Positions 17,115-25,998 of a stretch of 64,000 bases of DNA are shown here, piece by piece. Position 1 is the first letter of the stretch; each line of letters starts with the position of its first letter. A program made the position numbers and the translations under genes. A model generated the notes under the pieces. It was not told the origin of the DNA. It saw only the letters and a program-made list of their open reading frames with translations, and did not search any database. This DNA is from Verrucomicrobiaceae bacterium (GTDB lineage Bacteria > Verrucomicrobiota > Verrucomicrobiia > Verrucomicrobiales > Verrucomicrobiaceae). Location: positions 132,299 to 196,298 of the forward strand of contig CANNQP010000003.1 of NCBI GenBank assembly GCA_947507875.1, written 5' to 3'.

Positions 17115-18095
17115 TCAGCCATGCAGCCGGCTCATGCAGGCCGCCAGCACGGATGCAGGACTGAGATTCATCATGCAGGCGATGTGATGCGGACAGCCAG
17201 TGCGCCAATGCTGCGGCCCAGCGGGATGATGATGACACCCCTGGCAGGAAAGACCTGCGGTTAACGCATTCGCCTGCGGATCCGAGGAGACAATGCTAGC
17301 GGAATCTGTAGGGCCAAAAAGACCGACCCGTGCGGTGCCCACACTTTGCGCGAGGTGCAGTGGGCCGGAATCGATGCCAATGAAAAGCCTCGCCAAACTC
17401 AGCAGCGCGGCGAGTTCTGGAAGCTCCAAACGATCACGCCAATCCAGCGTGTGCTCCACCGCAGGCATCTGCGTTTCAAAATCGCCATCATGACCACGCG
17501 CACCGATCTGCACGATGGCAAAGCCATTTGCCTGAAGCGCCTCGGTCAAAGTACGCCAATGCTCATGAGGCCAATGTTTGACCGGCCAGCTCGGTCCTGT
17601 ATGAATCACCACCAGTCGGTTCACAGGGATACAAGCAAGCTCCAGTGCCATTCGAACCGAAGCCAAGCTTGCCTCGCTCGCATGAAGAGAAACCCCCTGC
17701 AATGAGGCCAGCTCCACACCCAGTTCCGTGGCGAACTCCTGCATGAGCAGACGCCGGGCTCGCGGTCGAGGTGGCTGCTGTTCATCCGCAAGCTTTGGCA
17801 GCAGGTCAGCAGCAGGTCGCAACACGGTTGCCAGCCAACCTGTGCCGCGAAGATTGCTTGGCAGAACTAGCGCAGCCACACCCGCTAATGTCGCGATTTT
17901 AACCAAGCTCGGTGATGTCACCAAAATCAGCGCATGCGATGGATGGCGTTCTTTCAATGCCTGAAGCCCAGGCATGAGGCACAACAAATCACCGAGCCCG
18001 CCGTAACGCCGCACGATCAGGCATGGCCGTCCAACAAACGGCAGCAAACGCAGCCATTCACGCAGGCTCTGCATCCATGACAAGCGCTCAACCAT
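17115..18095 (-). CDS. Glycosyltransferase family 9 (heptosyltransferase-like)
   Basis: 'CLIVRRYGGLGDLLCLMPGLQALKERHP' and 'FIGIDSGPLHLAQSVGTARVGLFGPT' are typical GT9 motifs. Confidence 0.7.
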   Translation of the reverse strand: MVERLSWMQSLREWLRLLPFVGRPCLIVRRYGGLGDLLCLMPGLQALKERHPSHALILVTSPSLVKIATLAGVAALVLPSNLRGTGWLATVLRPAADLLPKLADEQQPPRPRARRLLMQEFATELGVELASLQGVSLHASEASLASVRMALELACIPVNRLVVIHTGPSWPVKHWPHEHWRTLTEALQANGFAIVQIGARGHDGDFETQMPAVEHTLDWRDRLELPELAALLSLARLFIGIDSGPLHLAQSVGTARVGLFGPTDSASIVSSDPQANALTAGLSCQGCHHHPAGPQHWRTGCPHHIACMMNLSPASVLAACMSRLHG

Positions 18096-19044
18096 GCAAA
18101 TCTCCAGGCAACTCCCTCATTCGTTCTTGTGGACAAGCCAGCAAATTCAACTGCCGTGCATACCAACCACGCGTTTCTTTCGTCACAGGCATGAAAGCCA
18201 GACTATCAAAATCCACCAAAGATCCAGGGGACAACGGCGGACTGCCGTAATGATGGAGCTGAACTCCACTCCCACACTGCACTTTCAGTGCTGGAACGAG
18301 GCATTGATATTGATGCTCCTGAAGCCAAGCCAGAGGCTCCGCGCAACCGCCTTCTGGATCTAAGGTATTCTCAAGCAAGATGAACGGCCTCTGTTGCATG
18401 ATGAGCTTTTCTCCTCCAGCCAAAACCTGCCGCTCCATACCTTCGACATCCATCTTGATGAGCAACGTGGGACTGGTGATCGCTTCATCCAGCGTCGTGA
18501 CCGATACAGATGCACCTTGACCCGCAGTCGAAAGCTGGATGCAGCCGCTGTCGGACAAATCCCCAAGCAGTCGCAGAGACCCTGGGGAGTCGCTCAGCCC
18601 TTGAGCGTGCAGTTTGACACGAGTTTCCAGACCTGCCTGTGCAATGAGGCTATGCAGATCCGCAAAGCTGTCGGGATTGGGTTCAAAGCTCACACAAGTT
18701 CCGGTGAAAGTCGGCAGAGATAGAGCGAGCAGGGTAAAAAAACCCCAGTTTGCGCCTGCATCGACAAAAGCACCCGCACCGCGCAATAGCAGACTGATCA
18801 GCACACATGTCTCAAGTTCATAACCTGCCACATACTGTGGCCCATAAAGGGCATGAAATTGACGATTGCGGCCATTGAACTCTAACCAACGATTTTGATA
18901 AGAAAACAACCCATGCGCAGGCAGACCTGACCAATCTGCGATGCGCGGGGCTAACCGACGCAATCCTGGAATGCCCCCAACGGCTTCAGCCAACCGGATG
19001 TTGGTCGGCTTTATCACTCTTGAAAATGGATAGACAAAGCTCAT
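18088..19044 (-). CDS. FkbM-family methyltransferase
   Basis: Motifs are 'AFVDAGANWGFFTLLALS' and 'LLIKMDVEGMERQVLAGG'. Confidence 0.7.
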   Translation of the reverse strand: MSFVYPFSRVIKPTNIRLAEAVGGIPGLRRLAPRIADWSGLPAHGLFSYQNRWLEFNGRNRQFHALYGPQYVAGYELETCVLISLLLRGAGAFVDAGANWGFFTLLALSLPTFTGTCVSFEPNPDSFADLHSLIAQAGLETRVKLHAQGLSDSPGSLRLLGDLSDSGCIQLSTAGQGASVSVTTLDEAITSPTLLIKMDVEGMERQVLAGGEKLIMQQRPFILLENTLDPEGGCAEPLAWLQEHQYQCLVPALKVQCGSGVQLHHYGSPPLSPGSLVDFDSLAFMPVTKETRGWYARQLNLLACPQERMRELPGDLHG

Positions 19045-20180
19045 GCCTGGCGGCTTACCTTTTCCAAAAAGAGCGCTTCATAGGCGCTCACGCAGCTTGA
19101 TAGATCAAAAGCAGCACTCGCCTGCGCGGTGGCGGCCGCATAGCGAGCACGATGAGAGTCATCCATCATATGCTGCATAGCAGCCGCGAGCTGCTGGACA
19201 TCAGCGCGCCCATTCGCGGCCATGGGCACAAGCAGACCCGCAGCACCCACCATGTCAGGGATACCGCCAACCGCTGTCGCGATGACCGGCTTCCCACACA
19301 ACAGATATTCGATGACACTGAGAGGCAGACTTTCCTCCGTGAGGCAGGAAGGCAAAAGGCCTACGTCAAAGCCACGAATCCAAGCAGCCGCATCGGACTG
19401 ATACCCGACATGAACGATCCAGTCTTCCTCTCGGGTTTCTTCTCGCAAACGCACCAAAGCGGGCCCGTCTCCGACCAACACCAAACGCAAGTTTTGCAAT
19501 CCCCGCGCACGCAGGAGACGCAAGGCCATCACGGCTTCATGCCAGCCTTTGTCATCGACTCCACGCGCAACCATACCAAAGGTGATTCCCGCAAAGGAAG
19601 GCAAGCTGGACACACTGGCCGAAACCTGATGACCATGAGGAATCGTCCTGATGTCGCAGCGTGAATGAAAAGAAAGCTGACGAGCCCTTTCGGCATTCAC
19701 GGAGGCCGGGCAAATCAGCGCATCCAAACGACGGAAGATGACGGCATCCTGCCGCAAGTCGGGGTGCGCCGTATCGCCATGATCGGTCTTGGTGATCAAC
19801 AATCGCGTGTGCTCAAACGCAGTGCAAACCTGTCTCGCCGCGGGCATCAGGTGTGTGTTCGCAACATCAAAAGCATGCTGTCGATGCAGATGGCGCAACT
19901 GCTGGCTATGCAACATCTGCTCCAGATCGAAGGCAGGCATTCGGCGACTTAGCATCCGCATCAGTTTATAAAAAACACGATAGGTCAGTGGCGTGAAAAG
20001 GGGCAAATCATGCACTTCGACCTTTGCTGCCAAAGCTGCTGTCAGAGCGGGATCGCCCAGACGGCTGAGCGGAAGGTAGCAGACGACCTTGTGCCTCTCC
20101 GAAAGGCCACAAGCGAGATTGACAAAAAACCTCTCGGCACCGCCTGGCACAAGGCTCTGGATGGACATTAAGATGCGCAT
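19041..20180 (-). CDS. GT4 glycosyltransferase
   Basis: 379 aa. Motifs are 'MRILMSIQSLVPGGAERFFVNLACGL', 'LRLVLVGDGPA' and 'GLLPSCLTEESLPLSVIEYLLCGKPVIATAVGGIPDMV'. Confidence 0.8.
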   Translation of the reverse strand: MRILMSIQSLVPGGAERFFVNLACGLSERHKVVCYLPLSRLGDPALTAALAAKVEVHDLPLFTPLTYRVFYKLMRMLSRRMPAFDLEQMLHSQQLRHLHRQHAFDVANTHLMPAARQVCTAFEHTRLLITKTDHGDTAHPDLRQDAVIFRRLDALICPASVNAERARQLSFHSRCDIRTIPHGHQVSASVSSLPSFAGITFGMVARGVDDKGWHEAVMALRLLRARGLQNLRLVLVGDGPALVRLREETREEDWIVHVGYQSDAAAWIRGFDVGLLPSCLTEESLPLSVIEYLLCGKPVIATAVGGIPDMVGAAGLLVPMAANGRADVQQLAAAMQHMMDDSHRARYAAATAQASAAFDLSSCVSAYEALFLEKVSRQA

Positions 20181-20183
20181 GGA

Positions 20184-21227
20184 TCATGACAGCTGCCGAT
20201 AGATTTGCGTCGTCACCTCGGCCACTCGTCGCCAATCATGGCACATGGCCTGCCGACGGGCGGCGTGACGCATCGCCGACTGCATGCCACGATCTGCGGC
20301 TAGGGTACGCAGCTGTTGAACCGTAGTCGCCGTGTCTTCAAAGCGTGCCAGCATGGCAGCGTCGGCCTTCACATACTCAGGGACTCCACCCACTTGCTGG
20401 CTGACCACGGGTGCCCCGCAAGCCATCGCCTCCAGCAACGCATTGTTGGCCGTGGCATTCTCAGGCAGGTGCAGAAAGGCAGCGCAGGTTTGGTAAAGAT
20501 GCCGCAGTTCATCATCACTCACCCGCGACCGGTAGCTGACGTTGCTCAAGTCGAGGAAATGATGCGCTCGGTCCTCTGGAGCCAGCACGATGAAGCGGAT
20601 GTTTTTGTCACTGGCGCAGGCTTGCATCACGGCACGCATCTGCGCGTAGTCGCGCCGTGTGCCACCGACGCTAAGCACGGTGAAGTCGGGCGGCGGCTCC
20701 AGGCTTACAGGCTGAAAGCAGTCCACATCCACCCCATGAAGCACCGTATGGAGCCGCTGAGGGTCCACTCCATGCTGGAGGAAATAACCGCGCTGAGTCT
20801 CGCTCATGAGGATAATGGCAGCGAATTGTCGCAAGGCAGACGGGCGGCGGATGACACGAGCAAGATCCTCTGGACACTGATGAAACGTTCCCACCAGAGG
20901 CAACCGCACGAAATGAGTCAGGAGATCAAGAAAAGCGAGATCACGGTCACACCACAAGTAATGGATGGGGCCGGTGAAACCGCCCACCACATGCCTGTGA
21001 ATCTTTTTTTCCAACTCAAACGACCCTGCCACGCACCAACGAGAAAAGCTGAAGCGCCGGGCGATGCGAGTTTGCCAGAGTGCCGAGCCACCCGGCGGGT
21101 CCGCACGCCGCGTGACCAACCGAGATCCTGGCAGATAGTCCGCCAAAACATGGTAGCCAGAGCGATGCGCCAGGATGTCATCTTGCGACCAAACCAACAG
21201 GGGGAGATCGAACGCATCAGATGACAT
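20184..21227 (-). CDS. GT4 glycosyltransferase
   Basis: The C-terminal region 'AFLHLPENATANNALLEAMACGAPVVSQQVGGVPEYV' is GT-B-like. The track ORF extends to 21362 and would then overlap wzm by 146 nt. The internal ATG at 21227 (MSSDAFDL...) overlaps it by only 11 nt and was preferred. Confidence 0.7.
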   Translation of the reverse strand: MSSDAFDLPLLVWSQDDILAHRSGYHVLADYLPGSRLVTRRADPPGGSALWQTRIARRFSFSRWCVAGSFELEKKIHRHVVGGFTGPIHYLWCDRDLAFLDLLTHFVRLPLVGTFHQCPEDLARVIRRPSALRQFAAIILMSETQRGYFLQHGVDPQRLHTVLHGVDVDCFQPVSLEPPPDFTVLSVGGTRRDYAQMRAVMQACASDKNIRFIVLAPEDRAHHFLDLSNVSYRSRVSDDELRHLYQTCAAFLHLPENATANNALLEAMACGAPVVSQQVGGVPEYVKADAAMLARFEDTATTVQQLRTLAADRGMQSAMRHAARRQAMCHDWRRVAEVTTQIYRQLS

Positions 21228-22044
21228 CGGCAAAGGTGCGTTCCGTGCGACGAAAGTAATACACTCCGTAGGCGAGAAAACCGAGGCTGAGCACGGAAGA
21301 CAGAACAAAGCTCTGCCAATGAAGCTCGGTGGTGCCACAAATAGCCCAGCGGAAACCATCAATCACACCCACGACAGGATTCAATGAAACCACCAAACGC
21401 CCCCATTCGCCAAAGCGCTCTTCAATGATGGAAGTGCTATAAAACACGGGCGAAACAAACTGACCGAACTGCACCACAAAGGGAATGATGTAGCGGAAAT
21501 CGCGATACTTCACATTCAGCGCGGTGAAGAGCAGCCCAGGACCAAGAGCGGTGACAAAGGCTAGCGCCGTAAACAGGGGCAGTGCCAAAAGACGCCAGGT
21601 GGGCATGACTCCATGCCAGACCATCAAGCCTGCCAGGATCATCAAGGAGATAGCAAAGTCCACAAAGGCAACAACGACCGCACTGGCAGGCAGCACCATG
21701 CGGGGAAAATAGACCTTGGAGATTAGATTGGCATTCCCCACCAGGCTGTTCGCGGACTCGCTCAAAGCATTCGAAAAGAAGTACCATGGCAGCGTACCTG
21801 CGCACACCAACACCGCATAAGGCACCCCATCGGAAGGCAACTGCGCCAGCGTGCCAAACACACCGGCCCCGATGAGGATCGTCAGCAGAGGACGCAACAC
21901 CGCCCAAGCCACCCCGATCGCAGTCTGCTTGTAACGCACCAAAATATCACGCCAAGCAAGGAAACCAAAGAGCTCCCGGTATCGCCAGAGATCGCTCCAG
22001 TATTGACGGGATGCCCGACCCGCTTCGATGATAAGCTTGCTCAT
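21217..22044 (-). CDS. wzm: ABC-2 type polysaccharide exporter permease
   Basis: 'YRELFGFLAWRDILVRYKQTAIGVAWAVLRPLLT' is the conserved ABC-2/Wzm N-terminal motif, followed by about 6 TM segments. The start was set to ATG 22044, which gives an ATGA overlap with the rfbB stop. Confidence 0.85.
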   Translation of the reverse strand: MSKLIIEAGRASRQYWSDLWRYRELFGFLAWRDILVRYKQTAIGVAWAVLRPLLTILIGAGVFGTLAQLPSDGVPYAVLVCAGTLPWYFFSNALSESANSLVGNANLISKVYFPRMVLPASAVVVAFVDFAISLMILAGLMVWHGVMPTWRLLALPLFTALAFVTALGPGLLFTALNVKYRDFRYIIPFVVQFGQFVSPVFYSTSIIEERFGEWGRLVVSLNPVVGVIDGFRWAICGTTELHWQSFVLSSVLSLGFLAYGVYYFRRTERTFADVI

Positions 22045-23063
22045 TGGGGTTGTTTTTTTTCCGTCACCGCCATCACCCAATCCTGATGATCGAGGTACCA
22101 GGCCACCGTGTCACGAATGCCCTTTTCAAAGGTGTATTCAGCGCGCCAGCCAAACTCCGCCTGAATCTTGGAAGGATCGATGGCATAGCGCCGGTCGTGT
22201 CCCGGACGGTCAGGTACACATGCGATCAACCTTCGTGAGCTGCCCCCCAAATCGGGTCTGAGTCCATCCACCAGATCACAGAGGACTTCTACCATGCTCA
22301 AGTTGGTCATCTCCTGCCTAGCGCCAATGTTGTAAGTCTCACCCACGCGGCCTTCATTCAGCACGCGCCAAAGTGCCTGCACATGATCTGCCACGTGTAG
22401 CCAATCTCTCACATTTTGACCATCGCCATAGATCGGAATGGGCCGTCGTTGCAAGAGGCTTTGGATCGCCACGGGGATGAGCTTTTCCGGGTATTGGAAC
22501 GGGCCGTAATTGTTCGAGCTATTCGTCACCAGCACCGGCAAACCATAGGTGTGATGGTAGGCGCGCACCATCATGTCACTGGCGGCCTTGCTGGCCGCAT
22601 AGGGAGAACGCGGTGCGTAGGAGTTCGTTTCCGTGAAGACCCCCTCCGCAGGCAACGAGCCATACACTTCATCCGTGGACACATGCAGGAAACGCTTGCC
22701 CTGCATTTCGGTGCCCCAGACGGCGCGACAGGCGTCTAGCAGATGAAAGGTGCCGACGATATTGGTGTGGATGAAGTCCGCCGGTCCCCTGATGGAACGA
22801 TCCACATGTGATTCGGCGGCGAGGTGCATGACATGTGTGATCTGATGCTTCCGCATCACCTCCAGCACCGCCGCCTGGTCGCGGAGATCCACTTTTTCAA
22901 AAACATACCCCGAATGCTCCGCCACGCCCGCGAGGTTTTCCAGATGCCCCGCGTAGGTCAGGCAATCCAAGTTCACCAGCCGCTTCACTTCGGTAGCCCC
23001 CATGAGAAACCTCACAAGGTTTGAGCCGATGAATCCAGCACCGCCAGTGACAAGCAAATTCAT
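22041..23063 (-). CDS. rfbB: dTDP-glucose 4,6-dehydratase
   Basis: 340 aa. Motifs are 'MNLLVTGGAGFIGSN', 'YAASKAASDMMVRAYHHTYGLPVLVTNSSNNYGPFQYPEKLIP' and 'NVRDWLHVADH'. Confidence 0.95.
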   Translation of the reverse strand: MNLLVTGGAGFIGSNLVRFLMGATEVKRLVNLDCLTYAGHLENLAGVAEHSGYVFEKVDLRDQAAVLEVMRKHQITHVMHLAAESHVDRSIRGPADFIHTNIVGTFHLLDACRAVWGTEMQGKRFLHVSTDEVYGSLPAEGVFTETNSYAPRSPYAASKAASDMMVRAYHHTYGLPVLVTNSSNNYGPFQYPEKLIPVAIQSLLQRRPIPIYGDGQNVRDWLHVADHVQALWRVLNEGRVGETYNIGARQEMTNLSMVEVLCDLVDGLRPDLGGSSRRLIACVPDRPGHDRRYAIDPSKIQAEFGWRAEYTFEKGIRDTVAWYLDHQDWVMAVTEKKQPQ

Positions 23064-23069
23064 GAGATG

Positions 23070-23957
23070 TCAGGCACTTGTCAGCCCCACGCGGCGAACC
23101 TCAGCAGCTAGGTCGTGGAGGTAATCGTGATACTCGCAGTTTGGCATGGCAGCGACCAGGGCTTCAAAGGCCGCCAGGCTCAGGAAACCACGCCTCAGCG
23201 CCGCTTCCTCTGGGCAGCCCAGTTTCATGCCCTGGCGTTTTTCGATGGTCTGCACGTAGGCAGAAGCCTCATGTAGGCTGCTGCTGGTCCCAGCGTCCAG
23301 CCAGGCCGTACCGCGGCTCAGTCGGACCACACGCAGACGGCCCTGACGGAGATACTCGCGGTTCACATCCGTGATCTCCAGCTCACCGCGAGCCGAGGGG
23401 GAAAGCCCGCGGGCGATTTCCACCACATCATGGTCATAAAGGTAAACTCCGGGAACAGCAAAGTTGCTCTTCGGCGCGGCGGGTTTTTCCTCCAGCGACA
23501 AAGCCTGCCCCTCGGCTCCAAACTCCACCACGCCATAGCGCTCAGGATCACTCACATGATAGGCAAAGATGGTCGCGCCCGAGGTGAATTCTGCAACAGC
23601 GCGCGGGAAGGCGTCGCCACCGAAGAAGATATTGTCCCCGAGGATCAACGCCACATCCTCCCCACCAATGAAGGCCTCTGCGATTAGGAAAGCCTGTGCG
23701 ATGCCTGCGGCTTCTTGCTGCTCTTGGTACTCGATGCACACTCCCCATCGCGAACCATCCCCCAGCAGTTGCTGAAAACGCGGCAGGTCGTGCGGGGTCG
23801 AGATCAGACAGATCTCCCGGATGCCGGAAGCGATCAACACCGTCAGTGGGTAATACACCATCGGCTTGTCATACACCGGCTGGAGCTGCTTGCTGGCTAC
23901 CTGGGTCAGCGGATAAAGCCGCGACCCGGTTCCACCGGCGAGGAGGATGCCTTTCAT
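23070..23957 (-). CDS. rfbA: Glucose-1-phosphate thymidylyltransferase
   Basis: 295 aa. 'MKGILLAGGTGSRLYPLTQVASKQLQPVYDKPMVYYPL' and 'ILGDNIFFG' are canonical RmlA motifs. Confidence 0.95.
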   Translation of the reverse strand: MKGILLAGGTGSRLYPLTQVASKQLQPVYDKPMVYYPLTVLIASGIREICLISTPHDLPRFQQLLGDGSRWGVCIEYQEQQEAAGIAQAFLIAEAFIGGEDVALILGDNIFFGGDAFPRAVAEFTSGATIFAYHVSDPERYGVVEFGAEGQALSLEEKPAAPKSNFAVPGVYLYDHDVVEIARGLSPSARGELEITDVNREYLRQGRLRVVRLSRGTAWLDAGTSSSLHEASAYVQTIEKRQGMKLGCPEEAALRRGFLSLAAFEALVAAMPNCEYHDYLHDLAAEVRRVGLTSA

Positions 23958-24000
23958 GATCCGCTTGTGTTTCCCATGGGGTGATCCGACGGGGCCAGTC

Positions 24001-25743
24001 TCATCTGCGAATCACCCAATTCCCGAGCACTAGCACGTCCATCTTCGTTCGCAAAAAGCAGTCCAGCGCCTCCTGCGGGCGACAGACGACGGGTTCGTTT
24101 TCGTTGAAGCTGGTGTTCAGCACCATCGGCACGCCCGTGAGATCGCGGTAGGCGCTGATCAGGCGATGGTAGCGCGGGTTGGTCTCGCGGTGTACGGTTT
24201 GGAGACGACCTGAGCCATCCACGTGCGTCGTGGCAGGCACCAGAGCTCGCTTTTCGGCACGAACTTGGAAGACCTCCATCATGAAGGGCACATCATCCTC
24301 CTGCTCGAACCATTCTGCCACATGCTCGCGCAGGATGCTGGGGGCGAAGGGGCGGAAGGATTCCCTGCGCTTGATCTTCAGGTTCAGGATGTCTTTCATG
24401 TCCGCGCGGCGCGGATCCCCCAGAATGCTGCGGTTGCCCAAAGCACGCGGGCCCCACTCCATGCGCCCCTGAAACCAGCCGATCACTTTTCCTTCCGCAA
24501 TGGCTTCGGCGGTGACTTGGCAGAGAGCGCCTTCGTCATCCATCTGGTTCACCGTGCAGCCTGCCGTGAGGAGATCCTGAGCGCGAGCCTTGAGCAGGGA
24601 CTCCACCTCCGCCTCGGTCGCTTCGGGACCCACGTAGGCGTGATCCATCACATAACGTGGAGTTGGTTCCTGTTGCCTCGCGACAACAAATGCGCAGCCG
24701 ATGGCACCACCGGCATCTCCAGCAGAGGCGGGCAAGTACATGCGCTTGAATGGCGTGTTCAAATACACCTTGCCATTCGCGACCGAGTTCATGCCACAGC
24801 CGCCGGAGAGAGCCAACTGATCCGTTCCATAGCGTCCATGCAGAGCTTTCAGCAGCGCGAAAAACGCCTCCTCATACATGGCCTGAGCACTCCGCGCGAG
24901 GTCGCGGTGACGCTGCTCCAGCGGTTCATTTTTGCCACGTTCAGGCCCCAGCAGTTCTTCCAGCGCTTCCTTTCGGTAAAGCGTGCCCACTTCCGGACAG
25001 CAATCGTCCCAGGTGTAGTGAACGTCATCGCTGTGATGACGGAAATAGCGAAGGTTCAACCGATAGGTGCCATCGGCCTGAAGCTGCACGATCTGGCGCA
25101 TTTGCGGCAGATACTTTGGTTCACCGTAGGGCGCGAGACCCATGACCTTGTATTCATCCCCATAATGCGGGAAGCCCAGGAATTGAGTGATGACCGTGTA
25201 GAAAATGCCGAGTGAGTGGGGGAAAAAAACACGCCCATCGATATCGATTTGATCCCCATGGCCGAGGCCCCATGCGCTGCTGGCGAAGTCGCCAAAACCA
25301 TCCACAGACAAGCACACAGCCTCTTCAAAACCAGACACCAAAAATGCGGAAGCAAGATGAGCCAAGTGATGCTCCACACGATGCACCTGTGCTCGCAGCG
25401 TCTGGCCTGGAAAAGCTGACTGGAGCTGATCTTCAAAGCTCGCAGCGCGGCGGATATTGCCCAAGCGCTTCCAAAGGAGGCCAAGACTCGGGCGCTTGCG
25501 CAAGACGTAAAGCGCGCGTTTGAGGTTGTTGACTCCAGGGTTCCTGTTGATCGCCACATGGTCCACATCCTTGAGCTTCAGGCCTGCATCTTCCAGGCAC
25601 CACTGGATGGCTTGCGTGGGCAGACCAGACCAGTGCTTTACCCGCCGGAAACGCTCTTCCTCCGCAGCGGCAACCAGTTTTCCATCAACCACCAAAGCGG
25701 CAGCGGAGTCACCGTGATAGGCATTCAGGCCGAGAATAATCAT
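24001..25743 (-). CDS. Carbamoyltransferase (NodU/CmcH family)
   Basis: 580 aa. The protein begins 'MIILGLNAYHGDSAAALVVDGKLVAAAEEERFRRVKHWSGLP' and carries 'NTSFNENEPVVCRPQEALDCFLRTKMDVLVLGN' at the C-terminal end. Confidence 0.9.
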   Translation of the reverse strand: MIILGLNAYHGDSAAALVVDGKLVAAAEEERFRRVKHWSGLPTQAIQWCLEDAGLKLKDVDHVAINRNPGVNNLKRALYVLRKRPSLGLLWKRLGNIRRAASFEDQLQSAFPGQTLRAQVHRVEHHLAHLASAFLVSGFEEAVCLSVDGFGDFASSAWGLGHGDQIDIDGRVFFPHSLGIFYTVITQFLGFPHYGDEYKVMGLAPYGEPKYLPQMRQIVQLQADGTYRLNLRYFRHHSDDVHYTWDDCCPEVGTLYRKEALEELLGPERGKNEPLEQRHRDLARSAQAMYEEAFFALLKALHGRYGTDQLALSGGCGMNSVANGKVYLNTPFKRMYLPASAGDAGGAIGCAFVVARQQEPTPRYVMDHAYVGPEATEAEVESLLKARAQDLLTAGCTVNQMDDEGALCQVTAEAIAEGKVIGWFQGRMEWGPRALGNRSILGDPRRADMKDILNLKIKRRESFRPFAPSILREHVAEWFEQEDDVPFMMEVFQVRAEKRALVPATTHVDGSGRLQTVHRETNPRYHRLISAYRDLTGVPMVLNTSFNENEPVVCRPQEALDCFLRTKMDVLVLGNWVIRR

Positions 25744-25998
25744 GTGTCAAAAAATCCAGGCAAGCTGCCGCCCAAGGTCGCTCTCAGAGAAAGCGCCATG
25801 GCCGGGTCTTGGGGGTTATTTTTCACCTTTTTTGAGAGGGAGAATTAAGGACTGTACCATGCCAAGCATCCCGGCAAAGCACAAAGTCTGTCAGACTATG
25901 ACGGAGCCCCTAGTTTCCTTTTGATCTGGGCTTTGCTGCGGTAGGTCGCTTTTTCAGCTAAGCCAAGCGCCTGACCCCATCCCGCTAACGCTCAACTT

